The translations under genes were made by a program, and so were the position numbers. Positions 1 to 11,013 of a stretch of 37,342 bases of DNA are shown in pieces. The first letter of the stretch is position 1. The number at the start of each line of letters is the position of its first letter. The notes below the pieces were generated by a model. That model saw only the letters and a program-made list of their open reading frames with translations. It was not told where the DNA came from and did no database searches. The DNA comes from Octopus bimaculoides (Eukaryota): the NCBI RefSeq assembly GCF_001194135.2, contig NC_068986.1, positions 5,647,570 to 5,684,911 of the forward strand, given 5' to 3'.

Positions 1-31
<31 letters not shown>

Positions 32-281
32 ATGTATATATATATATATGTGTATGCATATATATATATGTATGTATATATATATATATGTGTATGCATA
101 TATGTATATGTATGTATATATATATATATGTGTATGTATATATATATATATGTGTATGCATGTATATATGTGTATGCATGTATATATGTATGTATATATA
201 TATATATGTATGCATGTATATATATATGTATATATATGTATGTATATATGTATGTATGTATGTATATATATATATATGTAT
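1..281. repeat. Compound (TA)/(TG)/(TATG)/(TGCA) microsatellite
   Basis: Read directly; strict pyrimidine-purine alternation from 1 to 281, broken at 282. Confidence 0.97.
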
Positions 282-1114
282 TTGTAGGAGTAGAAATGCT
301 TCACACAACACACACACAGACAGATAACTTGCCTTGTAATATATAAGATACGATAGATTAAGTATCCGTTTGTCTTCAATTTTGTCTGTGCTTGTTTATT
401 CTAGTTTTAGTGAAATGTATTTATTGAACAAGGATATATATTTTTTTTTTGTGTGGGCCAAGGCAACTCATTTCTTAGTTCCGCTCTTATTAAAAGAAAC
501 ATGAATTCTTTATTTCTCTTCTGGCAATATAGCAGGAATATAGGGAATAGCTAATAGTGGTGGAGAACAAAACATGTGATAGGAGTAAAGGATTAAAAGG
601 AAACAACAAATGAAAAGGAAATGTATTCATTAAAATTCTTTTAGGATAACAATTAGCTGAGTTACTTAGTTACCAAAATCCTGACTACATGATTAACTGT
701 TTTCTTTTTCAACAACAGCACTCATTGTGTCCTTGGTCAAACCATTTAACTCTTTTTGGCACATTATCACTTAGTGGTAACTCTAAAGCATGGAAAGATA
801 TAGCTTACTGTATGATTAATAAGTGTTTTTTTTTTTGTCTTTTCTTAATTTAATTTTCTCTCCTGCCTCCATGTATTCTTGAGATTCGGTGTGTTTTTAG
901 AAAATTTTCATGTTTTACATTACTTGAACCAGAATGTTGAGGAATTTGTTTATTTCGTGAGTGAGAGGAGGAGTATTGGTGTCTGTTCCTTGCATAGGTC
1001 TTCCTTAATTATTGACCCCTTACAAGACTTCCAAGACTGATCGGAGAGAAGGGCAGGAAGAAAGGATCCTTCAGCCACAGACCTGGTGTAATCGTTTGCA
1101 TCCAACAGCCAGTG

Positions 1115-1344
1115 TTAACTCCTTTTGATACCAACCCACCTGAAACCACCTCTGGCTCTGTAATACAAATGTCTTGTTTTCAAAATCTCTGAATTAAAAT
1201 CTTCTACCAAACCTTAGTCACAATTTATATTCCTAACACTAGCTTGATGATAATTAAGTTATTTTACTAAATTCTTTGTTATTTAAAATTAATCGAAAGA
1301 AACACAGAGTATCTCAAAAAAAAATATGGTAACAAAAGGGTTAC
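1115..1344. mobile_element. Non-autonomous TTAA-flanked (piggyBac-like) MITE, family A
   Basis: Left end TTAA-CTCCTTTTGATACCA; right end TGGTAACAAAAGGG-TTAC (reverse complement GTAACCCTTTTGTTACCA). No ORF. Related partial copy near 18441-18650. Confidence 0.7.
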
Positions 1345-1670
1345 CATCTGACAGATTAAGTCTACCACCTAATTTGGTGATGGCAGGATTTGAACTTAGA
1401 CCACAAAGTGCCAAAACAAATATTGCAGTCTTTTTTACCATGCCAACATTTTTACCATTCCACAAAACTTTACCCTGATTCTCTAGTCACACAATTAAGT
1501 GATAATGGTTTTTCATTCTCCATTTTATTATAAACTTTTATATCTTCGAATAAGAAATGATTTCCTTAGTCTACTTCTATTGAAAAAGAAATATCATAAG
1601 TTCAAGTTTGAGGTATATTGAATACATTTATTTTTTCTTTGCCTTGAATTTATATAAATCAATAAGTAAT

Positions 1671-1925
1671 TAGAAGACCCACCACCACAACAGAATTGAG
1701 ATTCTTAAAACCAAGGTGCCATGTAAAAAGCATTGCTGATGGTATCACATTAAAGCACCCAGTACACTTTGTGGAATGGTTGGCTTTAGGAAGGGCATCC
1801 AGCCATAGAAACCAAGCCAAAACAGACAATGGAATCTGGTGTGGCCCCTGGCCTTACCAGTTCCTGTCAGGCTGTTCAACCAATGCCAGCATGGAGAATG
1901 GATGTTAAATGATAATGATGATGAT
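1671..1925 (+). mobile_element. RTE-clade LINE 3' tail fragment
   Basis: Carries the shared tail module AAAGCACCC..GGTTGGCTTTAGGAAGGGCATCCAGC..ATGCCAGCATGGA..GTTAAATGATAATGATGATGAT, also seen near 22180-22479, 25800-26181, 28230-28406 and on the - strand at 6222-6440 and 32166-32400. Confidence 0.8.
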
Positions 1926-1964
1926 AAATTAGATTGAACTATTTAGCTCAACCAAAGTAATAAT

Positions 1965-2163
1965 GGTTTCAAATTTTGGCACAGAGCCAGCAGTTTTTGA
2001 AGAGATGGGGAAGTTGTTTGCATTGATTCCAGTACTTGGCTGGTACTTATTTTATTGATCTCAAAAGGATGAAAGGCAGTCAATCTCGGCAGAATATAAA
2101 GGCAGAAGAAATGCTGTTAAGCAGTTTGCCTGGTATGCTAATGGTTCTGCCAACTTGCTGCTT
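1965..2163. mobile_element. Dispersed SINE-like repeat (GGTTTCAAATTTTGGCAC family)
   Basis: Aligns by eye with 10175-10390 and with fragments at 12225-12350, 22972-23100, 24980-25130 (opposite orientation) and 31775-31858 (opposite orientation). Confidence 0.7.
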
Positions 2164-2330
2164 TAAATCAACCCAAGCAATAGTGTACTTGCCTTTACTA
2201 CAAACACATTATTCCAGTCGTATGATTGTCAGTATTAAAAATCCTGTGTTTTATGGATTAGTGTAAAATCAAACCAACAAGAGTAATTTTCCTTTGTTTT
2301 AAAAATGATGAATGACTTACTATTTTACAG

Positions 2331-2466
2331 TGCTACAAACACAGGAACAGAAATGTTGGAACTAGACTGTCATCTAACTAAAGACAACCAAGTTGTTGTT
2401 TGCCATGATAACAATTTACTTCGAACATGTGGTTGTGCTGTACTTATATCCCAAACAGATTATAAA
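2331..2466 (+). CDS. GDPD1: Lysophospholipase D GDPD1/GDE4-like, first coding exon in window (internal exon; phase 2 start)
   Basis: ttttacag|...|gtgagt; 136 nt. Encodes ATNTGTEMLELDCHLTKDNQVVVCHDNNLLRTCGCAVLISQTDYK, with the GDPD metal/catalytic motif ELD..H..D..VVxHD (vertebrate GTDMLELDCHITKDEQVVVSHD). Confidence 0.95.
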
Positions 2467-3335
2467 GTGAGTAGATATAAGGTTCATAGGTTTGTTCTTT
2501 CCTGTATATTGTACATTATTGGTTATTACTTATTGTTTTAAGAATGAGATAATTACCTTATAATTTTGTTATATATCCAAAGTACTTCAAAATGTATAGG
2601 GAGGATATTTTAAAAATAATTCTGTGTTGATAAAAATGTTTGAGATGTTTACCTTAATCCTTGCTTAATTTATTGTAGAATACATTATCACTGATGAATG
2701 AAATGTTTGTATTGTTAATAACTGCACAAAATTATACAAATGTATAAATGGAGATAAACGACTGCAGATGTAGCTACAATATCAAGTATTGAAGACAGTA
2801 ATCCTCTTAACATTTAGCACAAGTTGGGGTTGAAAGTTTGCTGTTGTCTGAGTCATCATAAAGCCAAATGCCATTTTATTTATTTGCAATAATTCAGTGA
2901 AAGAAAAAAAGAGAACTTAATTACAAAAATAAATAGTAAATAAAATTAAGTAAAAAAAACAAAACAAAACAAAACCAATAAGCAAATAATCCAAATATAG
3001 GCATGCACACTCTCTCAATTATACATTACAACAACCGACACTGTTGTTTCCCTCTAAAATTCTGAGACACTCAAAACATTCATAGCATTACTCCAGGTAG
3101 TAGCAAGGTTGAGACTCTGGAACAAAGGCATAAAGGCACTTTTTCAAGCATCATCTGATAATTTAGAGAGGTGGGATATTCTAAGTTCTGTATTCTGGTC
3201 TGTATTTATTTTATGAATGCAGTGACTCCCACTGCCACCACAGCATCAAGGATGTGTGATAAAACAAATGAATCACTAATGGTGGTTAACATAAGTATAA
3301 GAAACAAATAGGAAAACACTTGTCCAGTTGTACTG

Positions 3336-3450
3336 CAGAAGTTCTTAACCAGGGTCCATGTGACCCCGGGGGTGGGGGCATGCAAGCAAAATAGTAAATT
3401 GGGGATTCACAAATCGTATTTTAAAGGTCCATAAAAGAATTTTGATTTAG
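3336..3450. mobile_element. Decayed hAT-like MITE fragment
   Basis: CAGAAGTTCTTAACCAGGGTCCATGTGACCCCGGGGGG..AAATAGTAAATTGGGGATTCAC resembles the CAG..GTT.TTAACC..GGGGTCC ends of hAT MITEs; no second TIR found. Confidence 0.4.
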
Positions 3451-3460
3451 TTGGGCATAA

Positions 3461-3615
3461 GAGAGACGACTGCACTAGCGTGGTCATGTGATGTGTATGG
3501 ATGAGGACAACTGTGTAAAGAAGTGCTGATCTCTAACTGTAGGGGGGACCATTAGAAAAGGTAGACCCAGGAGACATAGGATGAGGTAGCAAAGCATGAT
3601 CTTCAAACTCTTAAC
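3461..3615 (+). mobile_element. Decayed RTE LINE ORF2 C-terminal fragment
   Basis: Translates as RRLH*RGHVMCMDEDNCVKKC*SLTVGGTIRKGRPRR, matching the RTE RRL.W.GHV.RM..GRPR motif, with stops. Confidence 0.7.
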
Positions 3616-3971
3616 GTGCCCATATAAAGCTGACTGTTTGGAAAAGCATGTATCTGCTATTTTCAGTCCAACAATTTCTGATGATAGCCTTTTGAAGTTT
3701 ATTAATGGTCAAAGCAAAACTGAGTCAACAGGAAATTAAAACCTTTGAAGTTCAAAAATGTAAACCAGTTCACTTCACTGCTATTCTAGCACTGAAACAA
3801 CTGACACTGGCAAATTTTCCTGACATGATTGTGGCTTCCTGGGCAAGAGGTATAATATTTTTGATGAAGAGGATAATTTCTTTAGAACCATATTTTATTA
3901 GTAACACTTTGTCAATTTTTCTATTCTAATTTACTCTTCTTTGTATTATTTGGATATGTCTTTGATTTCAG

Positions 3972-4017
3972 GATTTACCACCTATGAAAAATGAATTACC
4001 CCTAGATTTCAACCCAA
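3972..4017 (+). CDS. GDPD1: GDPD1 exon (46 nt)
   Basis: tttcag|GATTTA...CCCAA|gtgagt; encodes DLPPMKNELPLDFNP (cf. vertebrate ELPPYLGKLDVSF); phase fits both neighbours. Confidence 0.9.
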
Positions 4018-4529
4018 GTGAGTATTGTCTTGGTTGATTATTTAAGTTGATAAAATTTCTGTATAAGTATATAAAATATAAAATTAATCTCCATTAATCC
4101 TAGTCACTAATAAAAATTAATGTTATATTTTATATATTATTATTCACATCTTATATATATATATTATTATTCTAAATATAAAATAGGATCTAAGGCATGC
4201 TTTAAAAAAGTAATCATGCTGTATTATGTAATAATCCTAGAATAAATGACCATAAACATTTCTGCACAAACATTTGAACCACAAATATAATAATTTTAGT
4301 TTGAATTTTAACTGAGTCATATCTACCAGATAAAGTATAAAAATTGTGAGCTAATTAGAAATTCTTGTCTGGTTAGTTCAGTAAAATAACTCAAAATGGA
4401 TGATATGATGTAATGTGGTTTGAGCAGATATATGATTAAAGCATTTCAGTCTTTTTGTATGTCAAGGCCTACATTGTCAAATCTATCCTTCCATTTTCAA
4501 AGACAGTAATGCATGACTTGAGCTAGATT

Positions 4530-4645
4530 TACCCAATGGTTCCTTTATTTTTAAGATGGTAGGGTATGATTGAAGGAGATTTAGCTGATATTTCTATCAG
4601 GTAGAACTGCTACATAGAGGTTCCATTATTGGCTCATTAACAAAG
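4530..4645. repeat. Dispersed repeat (AAGATGGTAGGG..GGAGATTTAGCTG..TTTCTA family)
   Basis: Same motif seen at 11620-11900 and, reversed, at 18160-18350, 19690-19880 and 36740-36800. Confidence 0.55.
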
Positions 4646-5039
4646 TCATTTCATGGCTTCAGTGCCTCTCCACTTTCTTAGTTCGTTTGTGCTTCCCATT
4701 TATTATGAAAGCTATTGAAGAACATATTGAGGTAGAATTATTTTTCTAAATAACAATACTTACTCAGTTTTGTTAATAACAATTTCATTAATTTTATGAA
4801 ATTATTGACATATTTAGAAACTAGTTCACCTTCATTTCATTCCCTTACATTAATTTACCTTGTATGCAGAGATATCCTTGACTCAAAACTGTTCAAAGGA
4901 GAGAGATAAAATACTTTTTTTTATACAGTTCTTATTTGATATTACCTTTTGATACAGTCTGGTTAAGATTATATGAAAGGAAATTACCCTAGTTCTACTT
5001 TTATGATTATTCTATTTTATTTTGTTTGTGTGTGTGTAG

Positions 5040-5600
5040 GTGGAGTGTCGTAGCTAAATTTGATAGTTTGTCTAAAAGAAGAAGAAAACACAATATCCCA
5101 TTCAAAAATAGAAATATTTTTAAAAAATCAAAAAATGTCAACTATATTATGGCTGAGAGATAACAGTTTATTCAAACTTGTCACCCTCAGCTTCCACCAT
5201 TACCTGAAGACAGGTCTGGAACCTGGTGCATGTATTCATAACTCCTAACTGTCTCTGGGAAGATCTTTGAACACCTTCTTCATCTTGGCTACAAGTTTTG
5301 CCTTGGTGTTGCAGGCAGAGCAGTTAGTGTCTCTCTCAACTGTGACACACACAGTAATCCATGGAATTAAAATCAAGGTAATTAAGAAGTCGGAAATTGG
5401 AGCTTGTGAAGTTGTAGAAATTCTTCGACAACCACTTCTGACCCTTCCCAGAGGAATGACAGATGGCCTTACAGAAGCAACCCTTTCTAACCAAGGTTTA
5501 ACACACTCCAGCAGCTTCACATAACCATCTGAATTGAGCCTAAGGCCCTGTTCAAAGAGGTGGGGGCAACATGACATCACCCTCACTGGAGACTCACCCT
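5040..5600 (-). mobile_element. Dead Tc1/mariner-superfamily (maT/DD37D-like) transposon: C-terminal half of transposase plus one TIR
   Basis: Frameshifted - strand translation: PHLFEQGLRLNSDGYVKLLECVKPWLERVASVRP / HSSGKGQKWLSKNFYNFTSSNFRLLNYLDFNSMDYCV (decayed WPPNSPDLNPMDY) / VERDTNCSACNTKAKLVAKMKKVFKDLPRD / ACTRFQTCLQVMVEAEGDKFE*. TIR-like GAGTGTCGTAGCTAAATTTGA at about 5044-5064. Confidence 0.85.
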
Positions 5601-5914
5601 ATGACTATAACAGCTTTGTAATCTCCATTACAGCTGTCCATGTCATGTTTTACAGCCCTTACAGTGTTCATAGAGCATTGAGCAACAATCATGATGTCAG
5701 TATTTTGATACCTGCTGTGAAATCATCATGATACAGGTAACTCTTTTCCAATATTCAGATGGCTTCCACTTCTCTGTGTCAGCTAACATTTTCTCAATTG
5801 CACCTTTAATCCCTATGCTATCCAGTGCCGTTAACTGTTCACCAATACATCAAGCTGTGTGGATGTGTAAGTGCATGTATGTGTGTTTATGTGTACATAC
5901 ATATCATCATCATT

Positions 5915-5946
5915 GACATGCATATATATATATACATGTATATGTT

Positions 5947-5982
<36 letters not shown>
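5915..5982. repeat. (TA)n-rich microsatellite immediately upstream of a GDPD1 acceptor
   Basis: Read directly. Confidence 0.95.
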
Positions 5983-5997
5983 AATTTCTCATTACAG

Positions 5998-6119
5998 ATG
6001 TGTCAACTGTAGGTGTCAAGGACCGCCACATTCCACTCCTTAAAGAGGTCTTTGATGATTTCCCGTCCCTACCTATCAACATTGATGTGAAGGTCAATGA
6101 TGATGTACTCATTCAAAAG
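5998..6119 (+). CDS. GDPD1: GDPD1 exon (122 nt)
   Basis: attacag|...|gtattt; encodes (N)VSTVGVKDRHIPLLKEVFDDFPSLPINIDVKVNDDVLIQK (vertebrate D.RIPLLKEVFEAFPNTPINIDIKVNNNVLIKK). Confidence 0.95.
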
Positions 6120-6221
6120 GTATTTTTAAAAATAAAATAACTCTTATCGGAAATTTATTTGATTTTCTTTTCTTCATATTTTTAGTTTTCTGTTATCAGT
6201 ATTGCAGATGTTTACAATCTC

Positions 6222-6778
6222 TCATCATCATCATCATCATTTAGTGCCCATTGTCCATGCTGGTGTGGGTTGGACAGTTTGACCAGGGCTGGCAATATAT
6301 ATATATACAATAAAGAATGGCTGCACCAGAGTCCAGTTTGATTTGGCATTATTTCTACAGCAGGATGCCCTTCCTAATGCCAACCATTTGGAGAGTGTAA
6401 TGGATGCTTTTACATGACACCAGTATTTTCCACAGCTGTGATTTTGCTTGGCTTGATGGGTCTTCTTCTCAAGCACGACATAATGCCAGAGCTCTCAGTC
6501 ATTGCCTCTGTGAGGCCCAAGACTTGAAAGAATCCCTGCCACTTTGCCTCTGTGAGGCCCAACGTTCGAAAGGTGCGTTTTACGTGCCACTGACATGGGT
6601 GCCTGTTACATGGCACCAGCATTGGCCGTGACTATGATTTCACTTGGCTTCACGGGTCTTCTCAAGCACAGCATATCACCAAAGGTCTCAGTCACTAGTC
6701 ATTGCCTCTGTGAGGCCCAAAGTTCGAAGATCATGCTTCACCTCATTCCATGTCTTCCTGGGTCTACCTCTACCACGG
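6222..6778 (-). mobile_element. RTE LINE 3' end with internally repeated ORF2 C-terminal segment
   Basis: (CAT)n tail at 6222-6240 and the shared tail module on the - strand. TTGCCTCTGTGAGGCCCAA (LGLTEA) occurs three times, near 6498-6520, 6544-6562 and 6698-6720. Confidence 0.8.
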
Positions 6779-7106
6779 GTTTATATTTATTAACTAAATT
6801 ATGAGATGCTATTCCAATGTACTGAATTTCTTTCAAGTTTTTTATTTTCATATTCCACGCCATGTTTTACCCTCTCCAGTTATTCTTTTCTAAACATTAT
6901 CCTTCATTAGAGCTATATTACAAAAATATCCCTCACCCCAGTCATTGTTTTTCCAAACATTATCCTCCAGTGAGCCTCTATTGATAAAATATTAAGACTA
7001 TAAGATTGAAAGTGAAATCTAAATTCTGCACTCATTAAATAAATAAAACCAAATTAAATGATCTAAAAGTAAGTTATAATTCAATTAAATATCAGAGCTT
7101 ACTATA

Positions 7107-7314
7107 TTAACCTTTGGCATTTAACTCTGTCAAAAGTAATGCTTATTTATTCACATTGTTTTGAATTAATCATACTTTATCTTGTAGCTTTGAGAATTTG
7201 AAAAGTAACCGTTAATTTTTAGAATGATATTGTTGCTTTGATGTGACCACTTTGAACATAAAATAAATAAAATGTTTTGGCCGGATATGGCCGATTTAAA
7301 TGTTGAAAGGTTAA
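7107..7314 (-). mobile_element. TTAA-flanked MITE family B, reverse copy
   Basis: TTAA-CCTTTGGCATTT...AAATGTTGAAAGG-TTAA; reverse complement of the copies at 7315-7526, 11014-11204 and 30505-30713. Confidence 0.8.
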
Positions 7315-7526
7315 ACAAGCCCAATATCCAGTCCAAATAGTCTACTTGTCTTATGTTCAAAACAGCTAGATTCAGCCTCTCATAGTCACCCTATAATGTC
7401 ATTCTAAAAATCAACAATCACGTCATTGAAATCTCAAAGCTACAAGATAATGCATGAATAATTCAAAACAATATGAATAAATAAAGCATTACATTTGACT
7501 AAGTAATCTGAATGCTAAAAGATGAG
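7315..7526 (+). mobile_element. TTAA-flanked MITE family B, forward copy abutting the reverse copy
   Basis: Shares TCTCAAAGCTACAAGATAA and ATTCAAAACAAT.TGAATAAATAA with the other family B copies; ends ...AATCTGAATGCTAAAAG. Confidence 0.75.
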
Positions 7527-7830
7527 AACATCATAAGTATATAAATGAAATGAATGAAAGAGTCAGCCATAGCAACTGATATTTGTTTTTTAATCATTGT
7601 AAAATAATAATGACAAGAAAATCCTCTCATTCTACTTGTGGTATTGTTCAGATATATGCCCTTTGAATGGTAATGATAATTGCATCTAATCAGATCTTTT
7701 TAATTGTAGCTGTAAATAATGACAATTAACTAAAGAACATTATTTTATTAAATTTCTTTCATATTATTCAATTTATAAAAAAATATATAGAACTGCAGTA
7801 TAGTTATTGTTGAAATATTTGTTACTATAG

Positions 7831-7920
7831 GTTTCTGATCTAGTGAAGGAATACAATAGAGAACAAATCACAGTATGGGGAAACAGACAAGAAACTATTA
7901 ATGGTAAATGTTTCAAATGT
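7831..7920 (+). CDS. GDPD1: GDPD1 exon (90 nt)
   Basis: ctatag|...|gtaagt; encodes VSDLVKEYNREQITVWGNRQETINGKCFKC (vertebrate VSELVKRYNREHLTVWGN..EIV.KCYK). Missed by the ORF track. Confidence 0.95.
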
Positions 7921-8006
7921 GTAAGTATATTGAGCAATTTTTTACTTAGAAACAAATGAGTACCTTAAATACTAACAATACTATGTGCATTTCAGCATAC
8001 ACTCTG

Positions 8007-8190
<184 letters not shown>

Positions 8191-9128
8191 AATTAAGGTA
8201 CTCAGAAACCTGGATGTTTGTACATTTACAGATTTTTATTAATGTCACATTAAATGAAGCGCTTTTCACCTAGTCGTGTAGGTTTTTAAAATTGTATATA
8301 TATGTATATATATACACACATACACTCACACACAATCTGTATCTGTCTGTATGTATGTATATATATATATGCTCAGACATGACCGTGTAGTTTAAAAACC
8401 TGCTTCTCAACCCCATCATTTCAGTTTCGGTCCCACGGTCCTTCATTTTAGTCTCAGGCCAGCCAAAACTTTGACTGACTTTGATAGACAGACACTGAAA
8501 GCAGGTGTTTTTGTGCTTCTGTATTATTTACATTTGTACTTCTCTGAAGATTGCAAGTCAGAAGCAGAGAGATGACTTGGTGACACAGAAAGATGATCAG
8601 TATAAGATGTTGGTGAAAATGGACAGTGTTGAGAATGTGGGATGGATATCAGTTGAAATGGTTTCAAGCACTAGTGTAGGAGGAGGGGAGCACTTTTGGG
8701 TCTACTGTAGGCAATATGTGTTTTTTGTGGAGTCTGGGAGCGGCAAACGGAACGGTCGCTAGTGGTTTCAAGTAGTGAGAAAGATAATGAAACATGCAGT
8801 TCTGCTTATATTTAATTGCAGTAGCAGAACACTGCAGTTAGACAGGTGATGGAGAAGTCAGTGATAAATACAGGATGGCTGGTGGGAATGGTTTGAAGGA
8901 TTCACAATACATTTGTTGTGAATGTAAGTAAATGAATGCATGAGAACTAAGAAATGCAATAACTGTTGTCTTAATTTTTGCTAATCAGACTATTGTAATG
9001 ATGTCATAGAAATGGTTGATACAAACTAGATAAAGAATGGAGTGGTGTATGTGAATGTGATGATGGTAGGGATTTGATTTAATTATAAACTGAAAATGTT
9101 AATATGATATATATTTGCTATATTTCAG

Positions 9129-9262
9129 AATCCTAGAATTCCATTGGTATTTTCGTTTCGCCGAGTCCTCATTTTGTTGGCATTATTCTACAGTGGATTA
9201 TTACCTTTTGTGCCAATAAAGGAAAGTTTCCTTGAAGTTATAATGCCTAGTATCATCTTAGA
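9129..9262 (+). CDS. GDPD1: GDPD1 exon (134 nt; hydrophobic membrane segment)
   Basis: tttcag|...|gtaagt; encodes NPRIPLVFSFRRVLILLALFYSGLLPFVPIKESFLEVIMPSIIL (vertebrate N.DIPILFSLQRVLLILGLFFTGLLPFVPIREQFFEIPMPSIIL). Confidence 0.96.
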
Positions 9263-9346
9263 GTAAGTGTTATTTCTTCTTTATGGTCTTTTTCATTTGT
9301 TCACTTTTATGAATTAAGGTTTTTATTTCTCTCACCTCTCTGTCTG

Positions 9347-9381
<35 letters not shown>

Positions 9382-9586
9382 ATTTACCTTTAAAATAATA
9401 ACTATACCACGTTAACTAATTATATAATAATATATTAAAGCAAATAAATCTTTGTATTTCGAGAAATAAATATATACTTAATAATATCATCAAACCATTA
9501 TACAAAAGGTACAAAATTTAAATTTTACTATACTTAAAATCCAAATATCTATCCTCTTCAGTACAACCAAAAAATTATTTCCATAC

Positions 9587-9606
9587 CCATATATATATAT
9601 ATATAC

Positions 9607-9660
<54 letters not shown>

Positions 9661-9727
9661 TGTGTGGTTAAAAAGTTCACTTTGCAACCATATGATTCTG
9701 GGTTTAGTCCCACTGCATAGCACCTAG
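9587..9727 (+). mobile_element. (TA)n tract followed by a truncated tRNA-derived SINE head
   Basis: GGCTGTGTGGTTAAAAAGTTCACTTTGCAACCATATGATTCTGGGTTTAGTCCCACTGC has A-box/B-box-like spacing; same family as 36853-37020. Confidence 0.65.
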
Positions 9728-10070
9728 GAATAGTTGTTGTTTTTGCATCAGAAATATCAGTTGTTCTGACAGACTATAATTGAGCTGGTATAAATAATTA
9801 CAGTTAAGAAACTAACAAAGATTTTACCTGCGAGAAATTAATAATTAAATATTCATATATCTCTTAATACTGCTATAGTAGTTTCCATCGATGCTAAATA
9901 TTTTTATTTCTTCTGTGTCAATGAGGTTTGATAATAAGTTGATTTTCCCTATAATTTATTGACTAGTGCTAATGTTATGTCACACTCAATAAATTTGAGC
10001 AAAAAAAAAAAGAAGAAACTAATTTAAACTTTGCCTGTTTATTTATATACATTTATTTATTTTTCTTTAG

Positions 10071-10133
10071 TGAAAAAAAGTCCCTACTTCAATTCAGCAA
10101 GAACAAAAGACTGTTAATACAATTCTGTGACAT
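10071..10133 (+). CDS. GDPD1: GDPD1 exon (63 nt)
   Basis: ttctttag|...|gtaagt; encodes (D)EKKSLLQFSKNKRLLIQFCD. Phases 2/2 fit; variable region corresponding to vertebrate KLKEP..SR.QKFLIWLSD. Confidence 0.85.
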
Positions 10134-10174
10134 GTAAGTAAATAAATAAATAAAACAAATACTATATATTATAT

Positions 10175-10390
10175 CGGTTTCAAATTTTTGGCACAAGGCC
10201 AGAAATTTGGGAGGAGGGGTAAATCAATTACATCGATCCCAATGCTCAACTGGTAGTTTATTTTATTGACCCTGAGAGGATGAAAAGTAAAGTTGATCTC
10301 AGCAGAATTTGAACTCAGAACATAAAGATGGATGAAATGCTACTAAGCATTTTGCCCAGTGTGCTAACAGTTCTGCTAGCTTGCCACCTT
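10175..10390. mobile_element. Dispersed SINE-like repeat (GGTTTCAAATTTTGGCAC family)
   Basis: Similar over its full length to 1965-2163. Confidence 0.7.
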
Positions 10391-10424
10391 AATACTATGT
10401 ATTATATTAAACGTGTAACTTGTA

Positions 10425-10601
10425 ACTGATGCTGGTGTGTTTACATCCCCGTAACTTAGCGGTTCGGCAAAAAGAGACTGATAGAATTAGTACTAGGCTT
10501 ACAAAGAATAAGTCCTGGTGTCGATTTTCTCGACTAAAGGCAGTGCTCCAGCATGGCCGCAGTCAAATGACTGAAACAAGTATAAGAGTAAAGAGTAAGA
10601 A
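10425..10601 (+). mobile_element. SINE 3' half with (AAGAGT)n tail
   Basis: GTAACTTAGCGGTTCGGCAAAA..CGACTAAAGGCAGTGCTCCAGCATGGCCGCAGTCAAATGACTGAAACAAGTATAAGAGTAAAGAGTAAG; CpG-rich relative to flanks. Recalled as an abundant octopus SINE (not verified). Confidence 0.65.
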
Positions 10602-10691
10602 TAATATAAAACATGTCTAAACATAGAATGGCACTAGCTGCCAGAGACTTGTGTATTAAAAACAAGCAAAACTCACTCAGTGTCATCAGTA

Positions 10692-10855
10692 AGCTATGTG
10701 GTTAAGAAGATTGCTTTGCAACCATTTAGGTTTCAGGTTCAATTCCATTTAATTGCACCATTGACAAAAGTCTGCTACTGCAGTTTTGAGTTGATCAATA
10801 CATTCTGGGTGGAATTTGAATGGTGCAAATTGTGAGGAAGCCTGTCATATATGTA
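10692..10855 (+). mobile_element. Decayed tRNA-derived SINE
   Basis: Aligns with 36853-37020 (TGTGGTTAAGAAG.TTGC..CAACCA..GGTTCAATTCCA..GCCTGTCATATATGTAT). Confidence 0.55.
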
Positions 10856-10874
10856 TATTTATTTATATATATAT

Positions 10875-10953
10875 NNNNNNNNNNNNNNNNNNNNNNNNNN
10901 NNNNNNNNNNNNNNNNNNNNNNNNNNNNNNNNNNNNNNNNNNNNNNNNNNNNN
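10875..10953. other. Assembly gap (79 N) flanked by (TA)n
   Basis: Read directly. Confidence 0.99.
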
Positions 10954-11013
10954 GTATATATATGTATATATATGTATATATATGGTTTTTAATTATATAT
11001 ACATTTTAATATT

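Noticed and set aside
26-346. Long MYIYIYV-type ORFs (also 7985-8196, 9490-9723, 10820-11017)
   Set aside because: Translations of (TA)/(TG) microsatellites that lack stop codons by composition; one spans the N-gap.
901-956. Possible extra GDPD1 exon (tttag ... gtgagt)
   Set aside because: No frame resembles the expected GAGENLENT..AF exon; two of three frames contain stops. The missing 5' exons were not found anywhere in 282-2330.
5267-5524. 85-aa + strand ORF with a signal-peptide-like start (MNTFFILATSFALVLQA)
   Set aside because: Exactly antisense to the mariner transposase remnant; no independent support.
8505-8762. 85-aa + strand ORF inside a GDPD1 intron
   Set aside because: No recognisable domain, non-ATG start, and GDPD1 exons join in phase without it; probably a decayed purine-rich repeat.
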